A program made the translations under genes and the position numbers. Positions 40,834 through 56,635 of a stretch of 64,000 nt of DNA are shown here, in pieces; positions within the stretch are counted from its first letter, which is position 1; each line of letters starts with the position of its first letter. The notes beneath the pieces were generated by a model, which saw nothing but the letters and a program-made list of their open reading frames with translations, was not told the origin of the DNA and made no database searches. Source of the DNA: the human T2T-CHM13v2.0 reference genome, Homo sapiens; NCBI RefSeq assembly GCF_009914755.1, contig NC_060930.1. One strand, 5' to 3'.

Positions 40834-42331
40834 CAGGGTTTATAATTGTTACTTTGGGAGGATTGGTGTAATATGAGCTACTCTGCCATTTCTAGAAATG
40901 GAAACTTATCATCTAATCTTGTCCAGTGATCTTACGGCTTGCTTTTTAAATTTGTTTTGTTAAAATAATATGGTAAAGCCACTGATAAGAAATACATCAG
41001 GAGTACTTCTAGTGTTCAAAAATAGTTCATAGTAATAATAACATAATTATTTTAAAATCATGATTGTAAAAAATGTGTTCTAGTTACAAGGATCTACGGA
41101 TAATGTTTCTTTGCAAATTGGATAGTTTCTACAGACAAGAAGCTTAAAAATAACTAAAACATTTTAATAAACTTTTTCTAGTTATTTTTTCTATTTCCAC
41201 AGAAAAATGAAAACTCTTCTTATTTTGCCCATTTCTAAACTTCATCCTCCAGAATCCTCCTTATATTAATTTGTTCAAAGTGTGGGTGCTGAAGTAGATT
41301 ATAAAGTTTGTAGAAACTGTGGCAAAAGAGTAGAGTTGAGTGGAAAAAATAGAGAATTTTCATTACTTTATGACATGATCTTGGAAGGATTCTCCTTGTC
41401 TTTATTTTTGGTGCAGACCAGAAATAAAATGTTTAAGAATTTTTAAAAAATCCCATTCTCTCTTTCTCCACATTATACAACACCATCCTGTAGAAACTGT
41501 AATGTTTCTTGTGGTCAATTTATCATTCCATTTGATTGATTAGTATTTAGGTCCTCATGGAACACTAGGGTTAGTGCTATCGTTGGGAAGCAGGGAAAGA
41601 AGATGCTGAAATACTTCATGGTTCTGCTCAGTAATGAATCCTGATGTGCTAAGGGTCCCCAACTTTTTCTGTATTTTAAAATATATAAAATGAGCAGAGT
41701 CCTGGTGTTTTAACTGTGGCCAAACTTGCTTGGGTGACAAAGATTTGTGGCCAACTCTAGACCTATATCCTGCCAAATCACTGACCCAGGAGAAGCTACA
41801 AGTTGTGGACTTCCCATTGTGAAAATCATCTAACAAAAATGTGAATCTTTTGCCTTTATGAAAAAGATAAAAATCATAAATAAACATTTTATTATTTGAG
41901 CTACACATGAACGTTTTAATTGGCTTATCAGTGTGTACTTTGTTAGGCTGCTGATTACAATTTTTTTCAAAATGTTGTTCTGATTTATATAATTTTGGAT
42001 TGATGTTTTGTTGCATTCTCTCAGTAAAGTTAAGCAAAGGTACTGGATTTTAGTTGTTTATTTTAAATATTTTAGAGTCGTGAGGAATTTAAATATTTCC
42101 TATGAAGCTTATGGGAAAGAGCTTTAGAGTGAGAAATAACTGAAGAAAAAAATAGTCTTCAAATTGAGTGATCACAACTTGCCAAATACCTGGGTTATTT
42201 CCTGGCTCTTTATCATGGCTTGTTAGGACTCAGACGCTTGATCAAGCTTTGGCAGGATATAGAGGCAGTAGGATCTGTGTAAAACTTACTGTGGCCACAT
42301 AAGATGATGTCTTCTCTTTCCGCCTTCTCAC

Positions 42332-42390
42332 TTACGCAAACATATTGCCTCTTATAAAAGACTTGTTATATGTGGCCACCCAGCATGTGC
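42332..42390 (+). promoter_or_regulatory. Candidate TATA promoter (C/EBP + FOXA + TATAAAAG)
   Basis: TTACGCAA 42332-42339 overlapping GCAAACA; TATAAAAG 42353-42360; motif evidence only. Confidence 0.3.
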
Positions 42391-42710
42391 TTTAAGGAAA
42401 TGCTTTTTGGTTTCATTTTATAAGAATATACTGGCATTGGATAAAGAAAATTAAATAGCTTATGTATTTTGTATTCTCAGCAAAATATATGAAATGAGGG
42501 TAAAGATAGTCATAGGTAAGCCAGAGAGCAGTGGTCAGGGTTCCATTTTCTCGAATACTTCTTATTTTATGTGAGAATTGATGGGACCTCCAGGGCTACA
42601 CAAGAAATTTTAATCCATGTCTTGATGATTTCCTCATTTTCTGTCAATTTGGAACAGACAAAGATGAAATTTAATAGCATAGAACTGGATTTATTAGTAA
42701 CCAATTAGAA

Positions 42711-42713
<3 letters not shown>

Positions 42714-42769
<56 letters not shown>
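42714..42769. repeat. T56 homopolymer
   Basis: Uninterrupted; no attached SINE/LINE body. Confidence 0.95.
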
Positions 42770-42772
<3 letters not shown>

Positions 42773-42840
42773 AAAAGGGAAATTTCACTTAAGGCTTCAA
42801 GAAACAAATCTTTAAGGAACAAAATAAAAGTTTGGGAATG

Positions 42841-43156
<316 letters not shown>

Positions 43157-43489
43157 CTAATATTATTATAATTAGGTCCAAATATATTTTAATTTTTCCA
43201 GCCAGACACATTTAAAGGCATTCTCCATAACCTCTCAGTGAGACCAATCACTTTCTAAACCACCACATGGACTCAGGGTAACCTGAGATTTCCTTCTCAA
43301 GCTGCACCCAGAACACTTGTGTGCCCAGTAACTGTCTTAGTGGCGTAGTTACTTAGCACATTTTCCTGTGGGGTAGGGACACTTAGGATACAAAACATAA
43401 GTCATTACTTGTAGGACTAATTCTTCAAGCGTAAGAAAAGATTCATCTTTAGTGGCTGTGAGCACAGATATGCTAAGTAACAAAAAATA

Positions 43490-43725
43490 AAAACAGCTGA
43501 CATTTTGAACACTCACTATATCAGGCATTATGCTAAGCATTTTATTATAGTGTTCCATGAAACCCTCATACCCCGTGAGTAAGTATCATTATTATGCCTA
43601 TTGAAAAATGGGGACGCTGACACTGATGCTTAAAGGACTTGCCTGAGGTCATGTAGCTAATTTGTGGAGGAGCCAAGTATTCATTTCAGATCTATCCTTC
43701 TGCAAAGCTTTTCAATAACTACTAT
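43490..43725 (-). mobile_element. MIR
   Basis: cactcactatatcaggcattatgctaagc...acttgcctgaggtcatgtagcta. Confidence 0.8.
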
Positions 43726-44004
43726 ATACTATTTATCAATCCAATTTATCAAATTCAATTGATTCATAGATTAATCAGATTAATCAAAATAATATGATTA
43801 ATGTAGCAAGCTAAACTGGTTGAGTTAGTTAATATGGAGGCAGAAAGAAGTTACTCCTATAAAATCAAGATGCTTTGTTTAAGTATTTTCTTACATGCTG
43901 ATGGTAGGCAATTTTTAATGTAACAGTTCTCAAAATGTGTTCTGGAGACCCTTGGAGGAAAACTCTTTTAGGTTCATTTTTAGGTTCATGTGTGGACAAA
44001 CCTA

Positions 44005-44360
<356 letters not shown>

Positions 44361-44479
44361 TAGCTGTGGAATCTCTGTACACATTTTCCTGGTATGGGAG
44401 ACACATTTTGGATGACAATGCTTCTCATAGTGACAGACCTTGGTGGACATGTTTGGCCCTGTCACCGTTGGTTGGAGCA

Positions 44480-44840
44480 GAGTAAACCTAAAGTGAGCCA
44501 ATTAGATTCTCATGCCCAGGAATTTGATGCTAGGATTCAGTGATGGCTAGTAGCTCTTTACAGCTGGAACTGAAATGGTGAAAACCCAAGCAGTGGGAGA
44601 GCATTCACAGAAAGATGGTGTGAAAAGAGAAGAAAGAAGCAGATGCACTGAGAGAAACAAGGAAGAACAGAGAGGGAACACTGTCTGGGTTCTCAGGGGC
44701 TTTCCAGGTCATTTTCTCAAGCTTGGCTGCCTTCATGGGTTTTGTGAATTACCACTGTGATTTTAGAATAAGTTCCTCCTTCCAAATAAGCTAGCTCAAG
44801 TTGATTTTTATTGTCAACCAAACAGATATTAACTGAGACA
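44480..44840 (+). mobile_element. MLT1K/L-like MaLR LTR
   Basis: agccaattagattctc...aataagttcctcc...taagctagctcaagttgattttta...taactgagaca. Confidence 0.65.
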
Positions 44841-46149
44841 CTCAGTTTCTGAAAAGCTGAAATTCTCATGGAGGCAGGGCATGTTTCTCTTGTTCAAAGG
44901 TGCAATTGAAAATATCTTAGAAAAAAATTGAAAATAATTTGTTAAAAGAGAAGGAACAGGGATATTAATAAAGAGATAGATCAAGTCATCCCTAATTGAA
45001 ATTTTAACATTCTTTAGAGATATCACTGGGTTCAGAAGGATAAGCAAAACCTGGTAGGTGGGCAATCTGCCAATGGAACATAGGAGAGTCTGTCTTTTAT
45101 TGCCTTATCTAATTACGTAGAGTCACTGCTTTGTTGCATTGGAGTGTGGGTGTGTGAATGCACATCATACACAGATCTTCTGGCCTAACCACTTCATTTT
45201 AGTATCATAATTTTAGTTTTTACTGAACTCTACACGGCTGTCCACATCCATCATGTTCACAGCTATATCCCCAAGGACTTTGAGCAATGTCTGGAACAGT
45301 GTGGACACTCAGTAAATATTTGCTGAACAAATAAATGATTGTTTTAAATAATCGTGGAAGAGGTTGACGAGATCAAATATTGTGTGAGTTAAAATCTTAT
45401 TAAAGTTTTATTTTGATTTGTCTTTATAAAGTTCAAATTTGAAATACAATTTTCACTGAGATATAACAATTTTTTTCTCTCATCGGCAGCTCTTTCCTAG
45501 CAAGTTTCGCTCTCTCCTCCCTCTCTCTTACCCACCATCTGAAGTCTTGTTGCTGGAAGCAGTATCACCTCCTTCCTTGTCTCAGACTGATTCTTACAGA
45601 GTTTTCTCCTTTTTTTAATTCCTGGGTTCCATGTAGTTTCCTAGTGATAAGATGCCATCATTGCTTACATGCAGAGTAGCAGAAAATTAAGACAGAAAGG
45701 ACGATTGAAACCAGATCATGGAGAAATTTCAGGTCCTCGTTGAAGAGTTTGGGCTTTATTTGGTGAACATTAGAATGCCCAGAAGAGTATTATAAGTTCT
45801 TCCTCTCTATGAGCTCTTCTTGTCTGGAGAAATGCAGCTTTCGGGAAGATTAATAAGGTTTCAGTGTGCAGAATGGATTGGAAACCAAGAACCAGTGGCC
45901 AAGGAGGTGGACCGATACAGACACTGAATAGCTTCTTCTGACTATGACTGTTGTAAAGGGTTGCTGGCGATTCTTCATGTATCTTTAGAGTACAGAAAAA
46001 GAGGAAGTATTATGCTTCTCTCAAGACCCCTGTGGGCTGAGCATTGTGTAGGCAAGAAACGTAAGTGGGACCTAGGAGCTTATGTAATTATAGAGTTTCT
46101 GTGTTGGTGAGGGCTTCATGCCTTCATGCTATCATTGCTGTTATTCCAT

Positions 46150-46440
46150 CATGCTGGAATGCCATCATCCTCATTCTCCCCCACCTGAAATCCTTCTTAT
46201 TCTTCAGGTTCTTTTCCTCACAGTCACCTTCCCTAATCTGCTAATTCAAATTAAGGTCCTCATCCTCTGGTCTGCCACAGAAATAATTTCTCCAATAGGC
46301 CCTTACTCTGCTATGCCTTATATTATGTCTATCTCCCACTAGAAAGTGGGTTCCAAAAGAGAAGGAACCATGGTGGACCCAACTTTGTGTGCCCCACAGT
46401 GCCCCACAGATCCATGGCTTTGCCCTTAGATGAGAATGAA
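46150..46440 (+). mobile_element. L2 3' fragment
   Basis: tatgtctatctcccactagaaagtgggttcc...actttgtgtgccccacagtgcc. Confidence 0.55.
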
Positions 46441-47209
46441 TTTTGTGTAGCATGTACTATGAGACATGTTTCTGAAATGAAGGCAGAGTTTTGCCTATGT
46501 TCTTGGTAGCTGAGAAACCATTAGATGAAGTATTTCATTTATGCACAGTGGTCACAACATTGCAAAAATGTAAATTATTGCAGTTAAAGGTGTGAAATCA
46601 TGTACTCTGTGTTCAACACCTACCAGTTTCCAACCTACTGGGCAGCCTTCAATGACTTGCATGGCTATTCTCTTTTCTGAATGTTAACTAGACACCAAGA
46701 TTATAGGGTCAACGTTTAAGTGAGTGCTTCAGAGCCGTATCCCATCTATTCAAGCTCCCTGCTTCTTGGGAGATAAAATGACATGTAATTTCATTGTGTG
46801 GGACTAGCGTGGTTTACAGTAAATGGTGTGCATGATTTGGAAAGGTTCATTAGTCAGATCTAACGACTTGACTACTCCCTTCAAAGTATGACTGATTAAG
46901 ACTCATTCAGGGAAATGAATTGGTACACAGGAATGGGTTCATGACTCAGATGGTATAAATGCCTTTTACAAGTTTTTAGCAGAGGAAAGGGAGCAACAGA
47001 GGTAATGACTCTGGACTTGGGTTTACATAGTCTTTCATGTAAGTATTGTGCCTTAAAGCACTTTGTTCCTCCAACACAATCACCTGCCGCTTAAATACAC
47101 CTGCCCCTTCTGGGTGGAGTGGAAATGAATGCAGACTCTAATATGAGGTTGGCTACACAGCCGAAGCCCGTTACTATACTCATTTTCCTCTTGGATTCAG
47201 AGATCCTAA

Positions 47210-47605
<396 letters not shown>

Positions 47606-48159
47606 CTAAAACAGAAAAGACTCTTAAATTGCAAGGCTAAGACTGTGGAACACCCTGATAATTGGAGGCAGAGACTAGAGTTCAAAATTTCCTCCTATCT
47701 CAAGGGAAGGGAGAGGAGGGGGAGGTCTACTTTCTGTTTCTCCTGCCTGCTGTGGGAGGACTGGGCCTCTTCCTTTGTTCTCAAATCTGGGTTGTTTGGG
47801 GAAGCAGGCTATATATAATCCCAGAAAATCCCACTGTGGACTGTTTTTTGGAAGCAGTTAATGTCTGGTGCTCTCAACTATCTCACTATCATAAACACGA
47901 TGGTTGTGGGCAGTTAGGTCATCTGTGGGAACAGAATAGGAGGTTGAGGGAACAGGTGTTGACCCTATCTCTGCAACTTGGCAAAGGTGGTGGTGCCTTA
48001 TAGTGAGAAGACCCTCGACATTCACTTGGTTCATTTCAGCCCAAACACCATTTTGTCCTCAGTTTAACAGAACAAATGGAACAACTGCTACTGCTTTTGG
48101 AGAGCCATTACTGCCGGGATCCTGATTTAAAGTATATGCAAATGATTTTTCCCCTCTAG

Positions 48160-48436
48160 CTAGCTTTATTAAGGTAAAATTTACAAGTAAAAATTGTATG
48201 TTTAAGGTGTACAATGTGATGATTTGATATATGCATACATTGTGAAACGATCACCACAATCAAGCTAATTAACAACACCTCACACAATTGCTGTTTTGCT
48301 GTGTGTGAAGAGAATGCTTAAGATCTACTCAGAAAATTTTAAGTATACCATACAGTATTATTAATTCTAGTCATCATGTCTTACATTAAATCTACATAAC
48401 TTATTCATCTTATAAATGAAAGTTTGTAGTCTTTGA
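48160..48436 (-). mobile_element. L1MA-like 3' end
   Basis: agctttattaaggtaaaatttac...tttaaggtgtacaatgtgatgatttg...accacaatcaagctaattaac. Confidence 0.85.
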
Positions 48437-48473
48437 TATGGTCAAATTATTTATTCCAGAGTGCTGTAAATAA

Positions 48474-48852
<379 letters not shown>

Positions 48853-49289
48853 TCAAGAAGTATTTTTTAAGGACCTACTGTGTGCCCAACACTCTTCTAG
48901 GTGCTGGGGATACAGTAAAGAACACATAAGGACTTAGCCCATATGAACCTTGAAGTGTACAGATTAGAAATTAAAGGCAGATGAATGGTAGTCTAGTCTG
49001 ACTTATTTTACAAATGGGGAATCTGAGCCCTCTCTTCCTTTGGGAATTGTAATTGTGGATAAGAAACAGTAAGGTGGGCAGCATGTAGGTGGCATGGGGA
49101 ACTCAGTCAGTAACAAAGTACAAGAAGGAGTCAAACTGAAGAATCTTTTCCTTTAGACTGAGTAAAGTTTAGAATAAATAGGAAGCATCTCCTCTTACCT
49201 GTATTGCCACCAAGTCCTTTTTCACAGCAGAAAGGGGCAAATTGTATGTTGATGTTAATACTAATGCTCGAATTATATATATATATATG

Positions 49290-49565
49290 GTTTATTTGTT
49301 TTTGAGCCCAGGCTGTAGTGCAGTGGTGTGATTTCGGCTCACTGCAACCTCCGCCTCCCAGGTTCAAGCGATTGTCTTGCCTTAGCCTCCCAATAGCTGA
49401 GATTACAGGCACACGCCCCCATGCCTAGCTAATTTTTGTATTTTTAGTAGAGATGGGGTTTCACCATGTTGGCTAGGCTGGTCTAGAACTCCTGATCTCA
49501 GGTGATCTGCCCACCTTGGTCTTCAAAAGTGCTTGGATTACAGGCTTGAGCCACCATGCCTGGCC
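49290..49565 (-). mobile_element. Alu (Sx-like) with ~19-bp deletion near tail
   Basis: tttttgag joined directly to cccaggctg. Confidence 0.9.
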
Positions 49566-49579
49566 TCACATGATATTTG

Positions 49580-49785
49580 AATAGCATCTATTAAGTTGTT
49601 ATTAGAAATATAGCTAAGTACTTTTATTTATATTATTTTATTTAATCTGCAACCATGCTATGGAATTATAATCCTCATTTTACAGATGAGGCACTGAGTC
49701 TGAGACTTTAAATAATTTGGCAAATAAATTATGAAGTCATGCCTTGGAGGCAGGGTTTCTGATGCCAAGCCCTGTGCTGTTGGCA
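49580..49785 (-). mobile_element. MIR
   Basis: aatcctcattttacagatgaggcactgagtctgaga. Confidence 0.75.
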
Positions 49786-50052
49786 TCCTGCGGTACAATA
49801 CTCCTACTACCCAGGCATTGATCAATTTATTGTCTTGACATTTTTTCAGGGCATGGCACTTTGACAGGTGCTATAACAACACATATCTCAAAAAACAGAA
49901 CTTGCCTTCCAATAACCTGAGAATTGCAATAGAGTGTGATAAATGCCATGGTGTAGGTATGCCCAGGGTGTACGGGGCTCAGAGGAGGCTCATTGCCTTG
50001 ATTCAGAGGTAGTCAGAGAAAACTTCCTGAAGGAAGTGATGCCTGAAGCAGT

Positions 50053-50818
50053 TGAGACAGAACAGGGACCCCTCTTAGGGGCCTGTGGGCCCCTAAGCAT
50101 GGAAATAGGGGAAAATCTTGAGTTCCTTCAAGGAAAATTTCAGGCACTTAGCTAGTCCTAAGAAGTAAATGAGCAACTTGATAACCAAGAAGGTAATGGT
50201 AGCTTAAAACAATAGACAAGAAAGTTAGAATCACAGTTGTTTTGTCCCTTATAGAAACTGAAGATAACATCTTAACATATGTCCCTGAGTTGTTTTTCAG
50301 AAACCCAGATCCCCACCCAATGGATCCACTGGCATGGAGACCTCAGATAAGGGAGGACTGAGGACTCAACCCTGACTGCTGTTAGTTCTTTGTTCTAAAT
50401 TTCTTCTTGAGGTACCTGGAGGAGATCATGCCTCCCAGCCAGAACTAATATTCCTTCCTACTGATCCCAGATTTTCTGACAAACCTTCGTCTCCTGAACC
50501 AACTGCAAATCTGAAAACCTTTGAATCCACGTTATGACCTGTGTGCTGCCCCACTTCAAGGTAACCTGCCATTTTAGGTCAAACCAAAGTATAGCCTTCA
50601 TATATTGATTTATGACTTTGCTCGTCACTTCCACCTCTCTGCCTTTAAAAACCCTTACTTGAATGCCATTGGGGAATTGAGGTCTTAAAGCATTAGCTGC
50701 CTGATTCTCCTTGCTTGGTGCCCTGCAGTAAATGCCTCATTTTCTCTCATTGCAACCCTGATGTCAGTATCTGGCTTTGCCGCACTGGGCAAGTGGACCC
50801 CAGTTTGGTTCCACAACA
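50053..50818 (+). mobile_element. Solo LTR, MER39-like (ERV1), inserted in L2
   Basis: tgagacagaacagggacccctcttaggggcc...ccacaaca; TG..CA ends; 4-bp TSD cagt. Confidence 0.9.
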
Positions 50819-51585
50819 CAGTTGCCAAGTAAGAAGTAGCCAGGTAAAGAAAGGGGGATGCAGGATGGCACAGGCAGAGAGACTAGTATGGGCAAAGGCA
50901 TAGGGTTTTCAGCAACTACTGTGCAATTAGGGAACTGTGAGTAGCACAGAGAGTGGGAAGCCCAGGGCATGAAGAAGATCGATGCAGAATCGATTTTCAG
51001 TGAGTGGACTGTTGGAGACCATGCATTCAAATTAGTTTGATGGCCAAAAAATTTTCTTCTACAGAAAGATTTTTTTTCATGGCAACACAGCTGCCCTCAA
51101 GTCAGAGTTTAGGATTGCTCATTTTTTGGCTCCTCTGAAGAATGTGTCTGAGAGCGTATGGTTATAAGATTCCCCAGTAGGGTCAGATTCATCAACAATC
51201 AATTGTTGCCAGAGCCTCAATATCTTCTGGGGGCTTTTCTGATCTTCTTTTGGAAAGTTTTGCTTTGGAGTTGCAAGAAAGAAAACTGAACCCTCTGTGT
51301 AGTGGCAGTAAGCTGATTTCTAGCAGAAAGTTTATGATCAGTGACTTGTTGACACGTATGTCTTGAAAGCAACATTTGTTTGTTTGATGTTTTCTATTAT
51401 TCGCCATGGCCTATTCCTTTAGGACTCACGATGTCCAAAACGTATTCTAAAATATGCATGACTGAGCTTTTCAAACCTTCTAAAGCAGTGGGGGATGCTG
51501 AATCTTTGCATCCACCCAGGTGAATAAACCAGACTGTAGAAGCTGACTTTGCTGCATCTGAAAAATGCATTCAGACTTAACCCCA

Positions 51586-51656
51586 GCAGTGGAAGCTCAC
51601 TGTAACCTCAAACTCCTGGGCTCAAGCAATCCTCCTGCCTCAGCCACCCGAGTAGC
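51586..51656 (-). mobile_element. Internal AluJ fragment, no tail
   Basis: gctcactgtaacctcaaactcctgggctcaagcaatcctcctgcctcagcc. Confidence 0.85.
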
Positions 51657-52184
51657 ACTTCCAGAGCTTCTCAGGAAGGTGGAAGGAAGACTAAAATGAC
51701 TTCAGGGTCATCCACTCATTTCCTTTTATGACCATAGAGCCACTTGCCTGATAAGTCTTCATAGAAAATAGCCTATCGAACAGATGCAGGAGGTAAATCA
51801 TCTTAACTGGTCCTAGTCATATAGGAGGGGAGTAGCTGTTTTTGTTATGTCTTTCTTCTTATATTTTTGATACTTGCATTGGGTGACTATGGGGACTACA
51901 TATATAGGCAAATGTACTCTGCATTTTGGTTATGTTTCTTCCACATAGTTGCATAATTCTAGAAGTATTCCTTTAAACACTTATTGCCTGGATTATCTCA
52001 ACTGAAAGATGAGGATAATATAATGGAGTCATTTTACAGGATTAATTTTAAAAGGTCAAACAAAAGTCATTCTTTAGGTGAGGGACATTCTCGGGTTGGA
52101 GCAGCTTTGCTGTTAGTTCTGCCCTCTTTTATTACTAAGATGCTGTTTCCTCTATCTTCTTGTCCTTAAAACATTTATTCAATA

Positions 52185-52697
52185 TATCAGCGAGGATTAA
52201 GTGAGCCTGCATATGACATAAACCCCCCATATGACAGAATATTAAATCAGACAGGATTTAATTTATCTGTCATGTAAGTGAAGTGTCAAAGTAGGCATTG
52301 AGGATCCACAGGCATCCGGAACACAGGCGTCTTCTATCTTTCTATCCCACTCTTCTAGTCCATGATTTTCATTCTCAAGATCACCTTAGAATCCAGGATG
52401 GCTGCTGGGGGACTGGGCATCACATCTGTGATGCAGGCCAGAAACAAGAGGAAAGACAGAAGGGCAAAAAAGGATTCTACCCTACTGAGACAATTCCCAC
52501 AAAGCAGGATTCCCAGATGTCCCAAATGATTCTTCCACTTTGTTTCACTGGGCAGAACTTAGACATGTGACCATGCTCAGCAGCTAGAGGTCCTGGGAAT
52601 GTGGCTTTTAGCTGTCTATTTTGCCATCCCAAAAATAATACTAAGGAGGGAGGGGAAAAATGTATGCATGGATAGGGAACTAGCATTCTTTACTGTA
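52185..52697 (-). mobile_element. MLT1J-like MaLR LTR
   Basis: ccaggatggctgctggg...catcacatctg; cactgggcagaacttagacatgtgaccatgc. Confidence 0.75.
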
Positions 52698-52827
52698 GTC
52701 TATTCCTTTGATACCCAGACACTGATGTACACCATTTTTCCTACACACTCACTCTAGACAAACCTACAAGGAAATGGGAAATTTAGAATTGAATACATAC
52801 TGGGTTAGATTTTGAGGGCAATAACAA

Positions 52828-53090
<263 letters not shown>

Positions 53091-53296
53091 TCAGTTATTA
53101 TTAAAATATGAGATATTGATAGTTCTTGTTACCTGTGGTAAAAGAGTTACTTAAATTATCACCTGTGTTAATCTTTGTGAGTAAGTGGCTATTCATTGCA
53201 AGAAATAATTATGGAGGGAACATGATGAATATAAGACCTGTGGGTTTGGCTTACTTCTTCAAAGTGCCCTGGAGAATGTAAGGAAAGAAAGTAACA

Positions 53297-53628
<332 letters not shown>

Positions 53629-53914
53629 TCAGTAGATGACAACAATACCAAGAAATTTCTAATATTATCCTAGAAGAATTTAAAAAATCTTTTATAGTAA
53701 AGGATTTATGTAGCTGAAAATCATATCTGGAGTCTAATCCTGTGAGTTGCTGAATTAAAATATAGGTTGAATTCAGTCTTGCCAGGTCTCTCAAGTAAAG
53801 ATAAGGGCACTGATAGGGAAGAGTAGGACCCTTAGGATTAGAATGTGGACAATTGGGATGAGCTGATGACTGAGAACCCCAAACTCATAAACTTTACTTT
53901 TGGTACCAATTACT

Positions 53915-54150
53915 GTATTGTTTAAGATTCTTAGTTGTAGGCAACAGAATACACATTGGCTAATAGGGCATGACCTGGAAGTTGCACTACTTATGCTCAC
54001 ATCCCATTTGCCATAACCTAGTCACATGATCACACCTAGTTGCTAGGGATTGTGGGAAACGTGGTCTTTAACTAGATAGCTGTATACACAGATAAAACTT
54101 TTATTACTATAGAAAGAGTGAATGAATACTGGGGAGACAATCAATGGTGT
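53915..54150 (-). mobile_element. MLT1 LTR fragment
   Basis: gctcacatcccatttgccataacctagtcacatgatcacacctagttgc. Confidence 0.7.
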
Positions 54151-54154
54151 TTCT

Positions 54155-55200
<1,046 letters not shown>

Positions 55201-56145
55201 CAATTGGTAAAGGAGATGTAGATATGTTAAAAACTTGCAAAGAAATTCTACAAGTCTTTCAAGTAATTTCTACTATGACTTGAATTGTGGAGCTTGGTGC
55301 TATGCATTTTCAATGTTTATTAAGCACTCAGATATACATGGAGACCTGGGTTTAAGCAGCTCAATTCCCCAGCACAAGCTCCAGCTTTGAGCTAAGTATG
55401 ATCTTCTGTTTTGAAGCTCTGAAAGATGGATATTTATAAAAGGAGAAGCGAGGGACATCTCAGAACAAATTCCAGTATGTACAAAAGGGCAGAAGCAGCA
55501 GCAATGAGTGTTTTTCAGGAGGCATCTTGGTTTATCATACCATAGCAGCTGGCCCTCAAAGGGCTTCGAGTGCCAGGGACTCACTGACCCTGAGACACAG
55601 TAAGGAAAAAATGGAGACCCTTCCAACAAATAATCTCAGCAATAGATTAAATTTGTAAAATGGAACTTAAAAATTTTCTGGTGTGGATGGTAAAATAATT
55701 ATTGGAGGCCATCAGAGAGTTTCTATGACTCACTGTTTAATGATTTCCAGTAGGATCACAAAGGATTTAAAAGTAAGCTTGAAGCTATTGAGAACAAATA
55801 GTGTGCCAAGAATATCAGAGTGGTTTGGGTTTTGGACTCTATGAAAACTGTATTGTTAATTTAGAAAAAAATAAACCCACACTGGATTCCTAAGGCTCTG
55901 GAAGTCTGTTATTTTCCTAATGTTGTCTTGTCTCAGCAAGATATTTGACATTCAGAAAAATGCTAAGCAGAGAGAGATAGCTGTCTAAAATCTTGTTGAC
56001 CAGATCATTTCAGAAGAGTTTTGCAGAGTTGAGAAGCAAAAACTTGAGGAGATTTGGGTGAATTGCTGAGTAGACAGCAGTGAGAAAAGCAGAGTAAGGT
56101 GTAAGGAAAGGAACAGGAATGGCGGCCCTTTCCCCAAACCCCTGA

Positions 56146-56635
56146 TGCATAGTTGTTTTTTTTTTTTCAAAAAGGGCCATAATTATTTCCCTCTCTAAAT
56201 CCATGACCCTTTGCAATGTAGCTGCAGCTACTCCCATGCAAAGATGATGTCTATTTCCTTGACCCCTGAATTTGGCTGAACTTGTGACATGCATTGGCCA
56301 ATAGAATGCTAGGGAGGTGAACTAAGCCACTTTTGAGCTTAGTCTTCAAGGGGCCTTATGTACTTTTGCTCTTCCTCTTGGAACCATGAGAGGCATTCAA
56401 GAACAAGTCTAGGCTAGCCTGCAGGATGATGATGGGTCAGATATCCCTGTAGCCTCTGTTGACCACCTTAGCCTCAGAAATAGAGCCACCTAGCTAGGAA
56501 GCAGCATGACGGTAAACCAGTGGAGTCCAACCCAAATTGCTGACCAATCCACAGAACTATGAACTAAATAAATGGCTGTTGTTTTAAGCCACTAGGATTT
56601 GGAGTAGTGATTACATACTGAAAGCTAACTAATAC
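56146..56635 (+). mobile_element. MLT1G-like MaLR LTR
   Basis: ttggccaatagaatg...aaataaatggctgttgttttaagccactagg...agctaactaataca. Confidence 0.8.
56401..56420. promoter_or_regulatory. p53-family consensus response element
   Basis: GAACAAGTCT AGGCTAGCCT = RRRCWWGYYY x2, no spacer; binding not shown. Confidence 0.45.

Noticed and set aside
41555-42037. 160-aa minus-strand ORF
   Set aside because: AT-rich, non-ATG start, no domain; consistent with chance.
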